Shown one piece after another: positions 32,370-40,692 of a stretch of 64,000 nt of DNA. The position numbers and the translations under genes are program-made. Source of the stretch: an uncultured virus (IMG/VR IMGVR_UViG_3300042868_010712) (Duplodnaviria; Heunggongvirae; Uroviricota; Caudoviricetes); the IMG/VR virus record IMGVR_UViG_3300042868_010712, positions 1 to 64,000 of that record, one strand, 5' to 3'. Each line of letters begins with the position of its first letter. Within the stretch, counting starts at the first letter, position 1. A model generated the notes under the pieces. That model did not search any database and was not told the DNA's origin. It saw only the letters and a list, made by a program, of their open reading frames with translations.

Positions 32370-34850
32370 ATGTCCATTATTGCCTTAGGATTTAACAATA
32401 AAAATCAATTCAGGAAATTTCCTCTTAAGCAGGGCAGCATTTTTAAATCAACGTCAGGCCACGTAGTTCCAGACGAGCTATTGGTAAATTGCTCATTAAC
32501 ATCTGTGTATGGTAGACATAGAGTATACATTAAACAAACAACCTTCATAAAAAATACTTTAAGTATAGCTATAGCGTCCTGGTTTGACGGCAGTCTATTA
32601 GGTGTTTTTTCTGGCCAAATAAGCTCAGAAGGTAATACTGTATTAACATTAAAAGCATTTGAGCGGTTTGTTTCAGGTAATATCTCTATAGGTAAAATAG
32701 ATAACTTTATGTTCTTGCCTTCAGCTTTAACATTTGAGCGAGAAGCCACCGAACTAGAAGAATCAGTCATATTCTGCTATACTCCACCGGCAGTTAAAAG
32801 TATATCAGATAAACTGAATACAGAGCTTAGAGGTAGTGTAAATTTTGGAAACTTATTAAATTTAACAAAAAACACAGAGAATAAATTTACTAAATTTGCA
32901 GTTAATAATTTTAACAACATTATCAATAGCGCAGACAAGTCATCTTATTTAGACAATTGCGATACACCAAAAATTAAAAGTATAAATAATGCAAAGCCAG
33001 CTGTGCTTGGGGGAGATTCGACAAATACAGGAAACATTTATTTCATAGGAGTTAAACCTTTAACATTTTCAGGTATACCTGCGGGAAATACCAACACGCC
33101 TGAAAACGGCTCGATTTTTGTGGACTCTCCAGATTTAACACTTAATGATGTGTGCGTTTTAAAGCACAGTATATTACCTCCTGTAGATATATCCGGGTTC
33201 TCGCTGAATAGCTCGGAATTTATAAATAAATATTACAGTAAGCCGGCATTACCAGCTGTACCTGCCAACCCTGAAGATAAAAATTATCCGTTATATCGTC
33301 CACAAAGATTCGCGGGGAATGTATACTCTACAAATTTACCTGAGTTCTATTACTGGCCGCAATTTGCGCAATCGGAATATTATTACAGCTGGAACACCCC
33401 AGAATCACCAGGAGCAACAGGCGCTACCGGCGCCACCGGCGCAACAGGCTCATCCGGCTCAACAGGAGCAACGGGAGACCAAAACCCAGCCTACGGTACT
33501 CCACTGCAGTTAGGTGTTACCAGTTATATATCAATAGACGGAAAAAACTACAGAAATGGTACTTATACTGTTTTTGCGGACGGTAATGGAGGCACCTATA
33601 CAGGTAATTTCGTTAGACCTGTGAGCGGAGTTGTCTTAGGTATAGAGTTTAATTATCTTATAATTGAAGAAGAGAATGTTAAAGTAATCAATGGAAGAAA
33701 AACATATACAGCTGATGGCCTAGGAGGATACAGCACTCAAACGCAATGCCCTGAAAGCGGCACGCTACTTTTTTCTAGAGATAATGGAGATCTTTATACA
33801 GCCAATGGTGAGTGTGGTAGTTTATTTACTTCAGGGCTATCAGAAAATAGAACCGAGAGTCTTTTGACAAATTACGCAGAAGTAGGCGGTGAAATTTGCG
33901 CACTGAGCCAGTTAGTAGTTAATACTGAAAATGGAGAGCAAACATATCTAGTTAAAGATTTGACTGAAGGGCAGATAGTTAGGTCTGTTAATTATTATAT
34001 AACTGACAGTAATAACCCTGAGCGTATAGGTGGAGCGTATACACGTATAGACTATATCTTTTCAGAAGGACAAATTGTCGCAGAACAAATATGCCCTGAT
34101 GCGAATGTGGAGCTATTCAGATCTCAAGATGGTTATAAATATGTAACTGACGGTAGCTGTAATTACAGTGTGGCTAGGCTTCTGCCTGAAGACTTTGAAG
34201 GAAACCAGTACCCATCGAAGGGCACCTCGCTAGGGTCTCAGCGCTGGCTTGTATACGTATTAGATGAGACTTTTGATATAGGTACAATTGAAAAGATAGC
34301 CGACGGCAATGGTGGCTACTCTGAAGTGCAAACAGTCGAGCGTGTCGGGTATTTAAAAACAAAAGATATATTTACTAAAATACAAGAAAACTACTTCAAA
34401 GTAGGTACGGAAGATTACGCTGTGAATCCAGACGGATCCTTATATTATACTACTACGTATATTCCGGTTAATACCTTCCTGTGGGCGTTTGCAGGAGTAT
34501 ATTACTACACGAACGGTTTTGGAGGGTATAATGAAATTGACACGCGTAGCGCTCCCGCAACACCTTCCCTACTAAATGTAACCAGTGAAAACGGAAATAT
34601 ACTTATAACCTTTACAATAGGACAAAATGAGAGTCTAAAGAACCCAAACTACATGTACAGTACTGACGGCGGCGTAACGTACGTAGACGTAAGCCACATA
34701 ACGCAAGACAACACCGGCAGTATTTCTATTACATCACAGAGCAATAATGCTCAACAATTGAGAACAAATATTCTTTATAGGGTCAGAATCAAAGCGTATA
34801 ATCAATACGCAACAAGCCCCGCTAGCTCCGTAGTCACAATTACTCTGTAA
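32370..34850 (+). CDS. Structural fibre protein, paralog 3, with GAT linker, ADGxGG repeats and C-terminal FN3
   Basis: LGFNNKNQFRKFPL N-terminus, IKSINNAKP...GNI, GATGATGAT, YMYSTDGG...YRVRIKAYN. Confidence 0.7.
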   Translation: MSIIALGFNNKNQFRKFPLKQGSIFKSTSGHVVPDELLVNCSLTSVYGRHRVYIKQTTFIKNTLSIAIASWFDGSLLGVFSGQISSEGNTVLTLKAFERFVSGNISIGKIDNFMFLPSALTFEREATELEESVIFCYTPPAVKSISDKLNTELRGSVNFGNLLNLTKNTENKFTKFAVNNFNNIINSADKSSYLDNCDTPKIKSINNAKPAVLGGDSTNTGNIYFIGVKPLTFSGIPAGNTNTPENGSIFVDSPDLTLNDVCVLKHSILPPVDISGFSLNSSEFINKYYSKPALPAVPANPEDKNYPLYRPQRFAGNVYSTNLPEFYYWPQFAQSEYYYSWNTPESPGATGATGATGATGSSGSTGATGDQNPAYGTPLQLGVTSYISIDGKNYRNGTYTVFADGNGGTYTGNFVRPVSGVVLGIEFNYLIIEEENVKVINGRKTYTADGLGGYSTQTQCPESGTLLFSRDNGDLYTANGECGSLFTSGLSENRTESLLTNYAEVGGEICALSQLVVNTENGEQTYLVKDLTEGQIVRSVNYYITDSNNPERIGGAYTRIDYIFSEGQIVAEQICPDANVELFRSQDGYKYVTDGSCNYSVARLLPEDFEGNQYPSKGTSLGSQRWLVYVLDETFDIGTIEKIADGNGGYSEVQTVERVGYLKTKDIFTKIQENYFKVGTEDYAVNPDGSLYYTTTYIPVNTFLWAFAGVYYYTNGFGGYNEIDTRSAPATPSLLNVTSENGNILITFTIGQNESLKNPNYMYSTDGGVTYVDVSHITQDNTGSISITSQSNNAQQLRTNILYRVRIKAYNQYATSPASSVVTITL

Positions 34851-34855
34851 AAAAT

Positions 34856-35584
34856 ATGGCCGTATATAATTCACTAAGCTGGCAAAATGAAAATGCGCTA
34901 TCAGGCTATCCCTTTGACGAGGATTTTGAAGTTAACGATTTTATTGTAGATGCGACCTTTATACAATTTGACGGATATATACCTACATTGAGCTCTGTCT
35001 TTGTAGACAAAGACTATATATCTCTTGATATTATTTTTGATACAAAAGAAACACTCACAGTTAAATTTCATAAGAGTACCTATAACCTAGGTGTAGCGTA
35101 CCGAAAAGTTAAAATATACGATCTTGTAACAGATAGGTATTTCGGAGTGATAACGTTCGGTGCAGGCGCAGAAACCCTGTGGAGCACGTATGTAGGTAGA
35201 AAGATAACACAAACCAGAAAATTTTTACCTTCAACCGTAAGAAGCATACCATTCAACGATGCTGTTTATCTTTTTGACGGTATGTTTGGAGATTTATCGC
35301 TATCTAGAGTATTAGAAGATAAAGCTATTTTCTATAATACATATAAAGATACCGTTAATAATAAGTGCTCGATTGTGTTCAATGCTGTCTATGGTCACGC
35401 ACCACTTGTCGCTGACCCCGGTGTGTTAAGAAAGATAAACCTTGTTGGTCCTGTTAATAATAATATAAATTTAGCTGCCAACGACGTTATTAAGATTACG
35501 CAGGTAGACAACGCATATTTAAGCATGGATCTTGTCTCAGGAGCTTCGGACAAGACGTTTTCTTTACCTACACTATTCTCATAA
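34856..35584 (+). CDS. Structural protein, paralog 4
   Basis: LSWQNENALSGYPF...DFIVDA...LRKINLVGP..NNINL. Confidence 0.7.
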   Translation: MAVYNSLSWQNENALSGYPFDEDFEVNDFIVDATFIQFDGYIPTLSSVFVDKDYISLDIIFDTKETLTVKFHKSTYNLGVAYRKVKIYDLVTDRYFGVITFGAGAETLWSTYVGRKITQTRKFLPSTVRSIPFNDAVYLFDGMFGDLSLSRVLEDKAIFYNTYKDTVNNKCSIVFNAVYGHAPLVADPGVLRKINLVGPVNNNINLAANDVIKITQVDNAYLSMDLVSGASDKTFSLPTLFS

Positions 35585-35596
35585 CAAATTAGTACT

Positions 35597-36499
35597 ATGG
35601 AACAGGTTTTAGATTGGCTTAACGAAAATGAAAACAGGGCTTATCCTTTATTGGAAGAAAGCAACAATAGAAATTTTAAACTTTTTGATAATACCTATTG
35701 GTTGATGCCGGACAACTTTATACTAGATGCTCAATTAATATATTTAAAAGACAAGTTAAATGCCCCAGTGATAATTAAAAAAATAGCATCATCATCCACT
35801 CTAGGAGTTGAGGTAGTGTTTGGTACACAGGTAAGCAACATAGCCAAATTCAACATATCATTAGCTACGTTAGCCTCAGCTGAGTTTCCTTTATATGTAA
35901 GAAAATCTTCAGGCTCCCTGGCCGTGTTTGGTGAAGGTATTCTAGACTTTTTTAACTTATGTGGAGACAGGGAAGTCGAGTTATATCCCAATGCACCTTT
36001 AGAGCCTGGCGTTTGCTTTGAATTAAACGAGCCATGGTTAGGAGTAAACAGTATACAAGTGTCTCCTGAAAAATTAAGCAATTTAAACAGTGTGTCAGTT
36101 TTTCGCCCTCTGTTAGATGTAGGATTACCGACCTCGGCGGTGGGAGACGTTAAATTTTTAGAAGGCTATCATTTTAATGTAGTGGTTAGGTCAGGTTTAG
36201 TAGACCTTGCTGTAGGGAGAGATTACGGCATACCTATCGACTGCTCTACATCATTTTTACTTGAAAAATATCTTGATTGTTCAAGTATTATTTCGTACAT
36301 AAATGGAATACCTCCTACAGACAATGGAGACTTCACCATATTTGCAGGAGCTAACATAACAATAACCCCAGGAAATATTGCAGGTAACTTTGAAGATCCG
36401 TTTTTAGAGAGCGCTCAAAACAACACATTGTTTATAGGGCTGAACTTTAAAGCTGAAGAAATCTGTAAACCGGTCAACATCATACCGTCATTAGTATAA
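35597..36499 (+). CDS. Structural protein, paralog 5
   Basis: LDWLNENENRAYPL...PDNFILDA...ISYINGIPP...GDFTI. Confidence 0.7.
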   Translation: MEQVLDWLNENENRAYPLLEESNNRNFKLFDNTYWLMPDNFILDAQLIYLKDKLNAPVIIKKIASSSTLGVEVVFGTQVSNIAKFNISLATLASAEFPLYVRKSSGSLAVFGEGILDFFNLCGDREVELYPNAPLEPGVCFELNEPWLGVNSIQVSPEKLSNLNSVSVFRPLLDVGLPTSAVGDVKFLEGYHFNVVVRSGLVDLAVGRDYGIPIDCSTSFLLEKYLDCSSIISYINGIPPTDNGDFTIFAGANITITPGNIAGNFEDPFLESAQNNTLFIGLNFKAEEICKPVNIIPSLV

Positions 36500-36500
36500 T

Positions 36501-36836
36501 ATGGCTAACGTAGACAATAACCCAAAAGTAAAGCGACTTGTTTTTACAAGCGTATCTCAAATATTACATCTAGTTAAAAACAACCCAGAGGTAATTAAAG
36601 CTATACCTAAGCTTGCAGGATTACAGGACGCTCCGAGCCAAACACCGCAGCCTTCCTGTAACTGCAAAAAAAATGTAACTGCACTAGACGCGCAAAAGAA
36701 ACAAACTGTAGAGCAGGCATTGAATTCGTTAGAAGCTTCAGATTTTTTAACTATTAAAAATATTTTACAGCTAGATCAATTATGTTACTATAAAAGGAAC
36801 GCAACCACAAAAGCGTTGGATCTAATCTGTATTTAA
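36501..36836 (+). CDS. Hypothetical protein (CxC motif)
   Basis: 111-aa ORF in the operon. Confidence 0.6.
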   Translation: MANVDNNPKVKRLVFTSVSQILHLVKNNPEVIKAIPKLAGLQDAPSQTPQPSCNCKKNVTALDAQKKQTVEQALNSLEASDFLTIKNILQLDQLCYYKRNATTKALDLICI

Positions 36837-36837
36837 T

Positions 36838-37554
36838 ATGCCTGATAATATAACACCGCAGTTTTTTACACCAGATGCGCAAGGAGATCCTGCTTACGTA
36901 TATAAGGTAATAGAGAATAACGCGGAGTTATTTAAAAAATCAGAAATAAGAGTAAGAGGCAATCAATCAGAGCTTTTAAACAGGCAGAACGCAGCTGTGG
37001 ACCATATTCCAGGTATTCCATTTGAACGTGGAATACCTAACCCAGCTCTCTTCTATCAGGGAGAAGATATGGTGTACGATCTGTTTTTGTACGACGCAGG
37101 TGCCCCTGCGTCCTTCGAGGACTATGATATAACTGCACTAGTTAAAACAAGCCCTAGAGCAAAAAATGTCGTATGGCAGGGTAAAATTGATTCAGGTATT
37201 TTTACGAATAACGACAATCTGCCTGGGTATTATGAGCTGTGGATTCCTGCCTCAGCTACAGCATTAATGCTTGCAGGTACTTACTATATAGATATTCTGC
37301 TCATGGAAAAGATGGGTAAGACAGGGGGCAGATATGACCGCAAGAAGGTGCTGCTGCAGACTGTGTTTAATATTGAGTACAGTAACTTCTCACCAGCACC
37401 AGAGGCTGTAGGTAGTGACAATACCGCCCCCAGCAGATCTTCGGTAGAGGAAACGTGGCCTAATAAGCCTGATACCGTAGGAAGATCTATAGATAAGTTA
37501 AATCAGTATACTGCGCCAACCGGGAAAGGCACAGATGTGACTGCTAATCAATAA
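36838..37554 (+). CDS. Structural protein, possibly BppU-like Ig-fold domain
   Basis: FYQGED...LWIPASAT..L.AGTYYIDI pattern. Confidence 0.5.
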   Translation: MPDNITPQFFTPDAQGDPAYVYKVIENNAELFKKSEIRVRGNQSELLNRQNAAVDHIPGIPFERGIPNPALFYQGEDMVYDLFLYDAGAPASFEDYDITALVKTSPRAKNVVWQGKIDSGIFTNNDNLPGYYELWIPASATALMLAGTYYIDILLMEKMGKTGGRYDRKKVLLQTVFNIEYSNFSPAPEAVGSDNTAPSRSSVEETWPNKPDTVGRSIDKLNQYTAPTGKGTDVTANQ

Positions 37555-37578
37555 GTCACCCCAGGAAGGTATTCATCC

Positions 37579-37602
37579 TTTTTGTGGTATAATATATTGA
37601 AC
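37579..37602 (+). promoter_or_regulatory. Extended -10 promoter (copy 1)
   Basis: TTTTTGTGGTATAATATATTGAAC. Confidence 0.65.
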
Positions 37603-37647
37603 CCGCTGCTTTGCTTTCAGCAGAGTAGTTGAAACCTAATAAATCAA

Positions 37648-37821
37648 ATGAATAAAATTGAAAAAATCCAAGAGATGGCGGAAGGATTGCCTACCTCTGA
37701 GATTGATAAATTGCTTGAGCAGCTAAACCTGCTTAAGCAGGTAAGAAAGAGCACCCATACGAGAGTAAAGGCCAGGGTAGTACTGGCTAGCAATTCCATT
37801 CATCCAGCTTGTAAATCATGA
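37648..37821 (+). CDS. Small hypothetical protein (57 aa, not in ORF track)
   Basis: MNKIEKIQEMAEGLPTSEIDKLL..., with ATGA overlap with the next gene. Confidence 0.6.
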   Translation: MNKIEKIQEMAEGLPTSEIDKLLEQLNLLKQVRKSTHTRVKARVVLASNSIHPACKS

Positions 37822-38087
37822 ATACTTATTACAGACTGAGTCTATTGACTGCGCTAGTCACGCTAGCCATATCCTTCTACACCGCAGGGTATATCCACGG
37901 CGTAAAAACCGCAGAAAAAGGCTGGCAGGCAAGATTAATCTCGGCGGACTACGCAGAGTACAACAAACGCACAGGCGGATGGGAACTGCGTAACATGGAT
38001 GAAGTTGTCACATCGGCACTAATCCTTGGAAGAGGCAAACTTCCAGAAGAGAAAGAGAAGATCGAGCATTCTTTACTCAAGAAATAG
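37818..38087 (+). CDS. Small protein with N-terminal membrane helix
   Basis: LSLLTALVTLAISFYTAGYI hydrophobic stretch. Confidence 0.65.
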   Translation: MNTYYRLSLLTALVTLAISFYTAGYIHGVKTAEKGWQARLISADYAEYNKRTGGWELRNMDEVVTSALILGRGKLPEEKEKIEHSLLKK

Positions 38088-38109
38088 ACCTTCTCTCCGT
38101 TTTATATTA

Positions 38110-38132
38110 TTTTTGGTATAATACTATAGAAC
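38110..38132 (+). promoter_or_regulatory. Extended -10 promoter (copy 2)
   Basis: TTTTTGGTATAATACTATAGAAC, which closely matches copy 1. Confidence 0.65.
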
Positions 38133-38255
38133 GGAAACGTTTCTGCTGTCGCATGACAGCTAGCTGACCAGGCAGCTAAAAATAACCTGGATATTTTCTG
38201 GTGGTAACGGGTTCCCTCTCCCTGCGAGCATCTTGCTCCAGGGAGAGGGTTTTTT
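38129..38255 (+). ncRNA. Candidate small structured ncRNA (about 125 nt) with H-type pseudoknot
   Basis: Bounded by a promoter and a terminator, no credible ORF, three stacked hairpins, and loop CCAGG complementary to downstream CCTGG. Confidence 0.5.
38214..38255 (+). terminator. Strong intrinsic terminator
   Basis: CCCTCTCCCTG-C-GAGCA-TCT-TGCTC-CAGGGAGAGGG followed by T6. Confidence 0.85.
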
Positions 38256-38270
38256 CAACACCCTATTTTC

Positions 38271-39551
38271 TTAGCTATTGGCTTTTACGATCTTTACGTT
38301 ATGACATGTAAGCTGAATCATTGTAAGCAACTGCCTTACGTACTTTTCATTTATGAAGGGTATACCTAAGCCTAAAGACAAAAACATTTTACGGATACCT
38401 TTAGTGAACAAGAAGCATGACGTAAGATACTTGTCTTCCATCTCGAAAGGTACAGCTGAATCTTCAAAATAAACCATACCGCACCAAATAAACTCTTCTT
38501 CATTTTTTTTACGTATCTCGGTGATATCTAGAGTAAAGTTTGTGAGCATCTCTTCTTCATTTCTCTTAATTAGAAAATAAGCTCTATCTCTTTTAACGTA
38601 TGTTTTTCCATGTACATTAAATTGCTGTTCTCTGGTTTTCATCCAGTACGACATAAGCTCTTGTCCGCTGTTTTTCTCCAGCTCCTGCACTTGCTGGTAA
38701 TTCAGCATAGCTACATGGTTCTTAAGGTCTTCGCTGCCCTGCTTACCAAGCATAAGCTCTTTAATGTCTTCAGAAAATTTAGAGTGATTACTCTCGCTCC
38801 ATATCTTAATTAGCTGCTCTGTTGTAAGCATTTCAGATAAGGATACAGGAGAATTGTTCCAATAGTCGTTTTTATAATTCCAAGTATTTCCCGCTTTTAT
38901 TTTTAGCTCATTCATATCCCTAACAATCTCCACTCCCTGTCTACCGTACCAGCCATACTCACCATTCAAAAAAACATTCTCTCTTTGATTGATGTCAGCG
39001 ATTCTTGCCACCTCTAATGAGCATATATGTTTGGGAGAGCAAAACGACGGCACTACTAGGCTTTTTTTGTACTTATACTTGTTCTCCAGTTCAAGTCTAG
39101 GGAAAGCCTTTATAACTTTCTCTGACAAGTAACCAAATCTATTATTAAGTAATGCAGGCATACCCATCTCTTCTAGTACTTCAGTAAAGTAAGCTAAGCC
39201 ATCTTTATGTCTAACTCTAGCAGCCTGGGCCTCCTGTACACTCAGTAACCATGCAGACTGAAACTGCATAATTCTGGTTTGGTTTTTAAAAAGTTGCTTT
39301 TCAGCATACTCGCTGTATGGTAAATTAAAATCAAAGCAATCTGAAAAGTCTTTGCAAATTATTCCATATAACTTAGACCAATCAGATATAGGGAAAAAAT
39401 CAAAAATATTTCCAATAAAGTCTGAATTTTTAGATCTAGCATACCAACCAAACAAAGGAACACGTATAAAGTCATATTCTGACGTATTTGCCCCTAGCTT
39501 ACCTACCACACTGGGTAGGTTTATTTTAGAATTGAACGAATTTAGTAACAT
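38271..39551 (-). CDS. Hypothetical protein, possibly a degenerate DnaG-primase-like protein
   Basis: Long minus-strand ORF; ATG at 39551 (MLLNSF) preferred. WY......GNIFDF and SLVVP..CS resemble eroded DnaG N-terminal motifs. Confidence 0.55.
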   Translation of the reverse strand: MLLNSFNSKINLPSVVGKLGANTSEYDFIRVPLFGWYARSKNSDFIGNIFDFFPISDWSKLYGIICKDFSDCFDFNLPYSEYAEKQLFKNQTRIMQFQSAWLLSVQEAQAARVRHKDGLAYFTEVLEEMGMPALLNNRFGYLSEKVIKAFPRLELENKYKYKKSLVVPSFCSPKHICSLEVARIADINQRENVFLNGEYGWYGRQGVEIVRDMNELKIKAGNTWNYKNDYWNNSPVSLSEMLTTEQLIKIWSESNHSKFSEDIKELMLGKQGSEDLKNHVAMLNYQQVQELEKNSGQELMSYWMKTREQQFNVHGKTYVKRDRAYFLIKRNEEEMLTNFTLDITEIRKKNEEEFIWCGMVYFEDSAVPFEMEDKYLTSCFLFTKGIRKMFLSLGLGIPFINEKYVRQLLTMIQLTCHNVKIVKANS

Positions 39552-39559
39552 AGTATAAT
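39532..39559 (+). promoter_or_regulatory. Sigma70-like promoter in a divergent junction
   Basis: TTGAAC-16 bp-TATAAT, 10 nt before ATG 39570. Confidence 0.55.
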
Positions 39560-39569
39560 AAGAATAAAT

Positions 39570-40625
39570 ATGAAAATTGCATTTGACCAACAGACCGACT
39601 ACTCAGGTAAACAATTGTACAGCATGCTTTCCGGGGTAGATGTCCCTGAATATGTAAAAACTGCAGAAGTCGAAGATGCTCACGAGCTTAGACAGTTGCC
39701 TAAGACTGCTTTCGCTGACCCTGAAAGAATGATTTACCCTATTAACACTCCTGCTAGGGTTTATGTGAGTAACGCGCATTTTGTTAATAAGAAAGCTGAT
39801 ATCACCAAACTATACGGTGAAGACTACTCCAGTCAATTAGAAAACAAGATCGCTGAAGCTGCGGAAGTGTTCGGAATCTCAGATGATCTCAGCAATTATA
39901 ATAGTGAGCTTAACGTAAAGATTGCTGCAGACTATGAGGAAAAGTACATGGTGGACTTTGAAGCCCCAGGAATGGATGCCTCCATCAAACTTTTCCCTGT
40001 GAAGACATCATCAGATTTGAGCGAATCCGCTGAAACTTTCGCTAAAAATATCAGTAATTTCCCGTTCGCGGTAAGAGTTAAATCTGCTGAGAATTTCGTA
40101 AAGGCTGCTGGTGAACTAGGGGTAGACGATATGCCTGAGCTTATCCTTAAATACGCAGGCCTGTACTACCCAGACTTGATTAACCTCGACCAGGAACTCT
40201 GGCGCAGATCTACAAAATTGGCTAACGAAGCGCATCATGAAATCTATGACAAGATCCGTGATGACCTTTCTAATATGACTAGTGTTTCGGAGGTTATGAA
40301 GGTCGCGGAAACCTGTTTCAATATTGAAAATATGGAAGGCCTTTACGACAACGTTAAAGTAGCTCAGATTCTAGGTGACCCTGTGGACAGAATTTTCACA
40401 GCGCCCGTCACCAAGATTGCTGGCGACCTTAGCTATGTTGAAGTTCATGGCGATAAGTACAAGCTCGACGATCTTACAAAGATCAGCAAGGATAAGTACG
40501 AAGAAGCATTCGGAGACTGCGGGATTGACCCTGCAGACCCTGTGAAGATTGCGGATATTCTCCCCACCATGCCCAGAAGCGATGTAAAGCTTCTCGAGGA
40601 AATCACAGGTTTGAGACCTATCTAA
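39570..40625 (+). CDS. Hypothetical acidic protein rich in K-x-A motifs (possible head/scaffold protein)
   Basis: 351 aa with 14 KxA motifs; has its own promoter and terminator. Confidence 0.7.
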   Translation: MKIAFDQQTDYSGKQLYSMLSGVDVPEYVKTAEVEDAHELRQLPKTAFADPERMIYPINTPARVYVSNAHFVNKKADITKLYGEDYSSQLENKIAEAAEVFGISDDLSNYNSELNVKIAADYEEKYMVDFEAPGMDASIKLFPVKTSSDLSESAETFAKNISNFPFAVRVKSAENFVKAAGELGVDDMPELILKYAGLYYPDLINLDQELWRRSTKLANEAHHEIYDKIRDDLSNMTSVSEVMKVAETCFNIENMEGLYDNVKVAQILGDPVDRIFTAPVTKIAGDLSYVEVHGDKYKLDDLTKISKDKYEEAFGDCGIDPADPVKIADILPTMPRSDVKLLEEITGLRPI

Positions 40626-40658
40626 TTAACAAACTTAAACAAACTAAAATTAAATAAC

Positions 40659-40692
40659 AACCCGCCAGGCTAAAACTTGGCGGGTTTCTTTT
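40659..40692 (+). terminator. Intrinsic terminator
   Basis: AACCCGCCAGG-loop-CTTGGCGGGTT then TCTTTT. Confidence 0.8.

Noticed and set aside
350..36081. Numerous 60-140 aa minus-strand ORFs inside structural genes
   Set aside because: They are fully nested antisense to long, motif-bearing + strand genes and have no motifs of their own.
21882..36499. Diversity-generating retroelement or invertible fibre cassette
   Set aside because: No reverse transcriptase, invertase or template/variable repeat pair was seen in the window.
1..37554. Bacterial contractile injection system (eCIS/T6SS/tailocin) instead of phage
   Set aside because: Terminase, replication/repair genes and phage-style small-ORF arrays are contiguous with it, and there are no host housekeeping genes.
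38129..38255. Known self-cleaving ribozyme or preQ1 riboswitch
   Set aside because: No hammerhead core (CUGANGA...GAAA in the right order) or recognisable preQ1 consensus; left as an unclassified ncRNA candidate.
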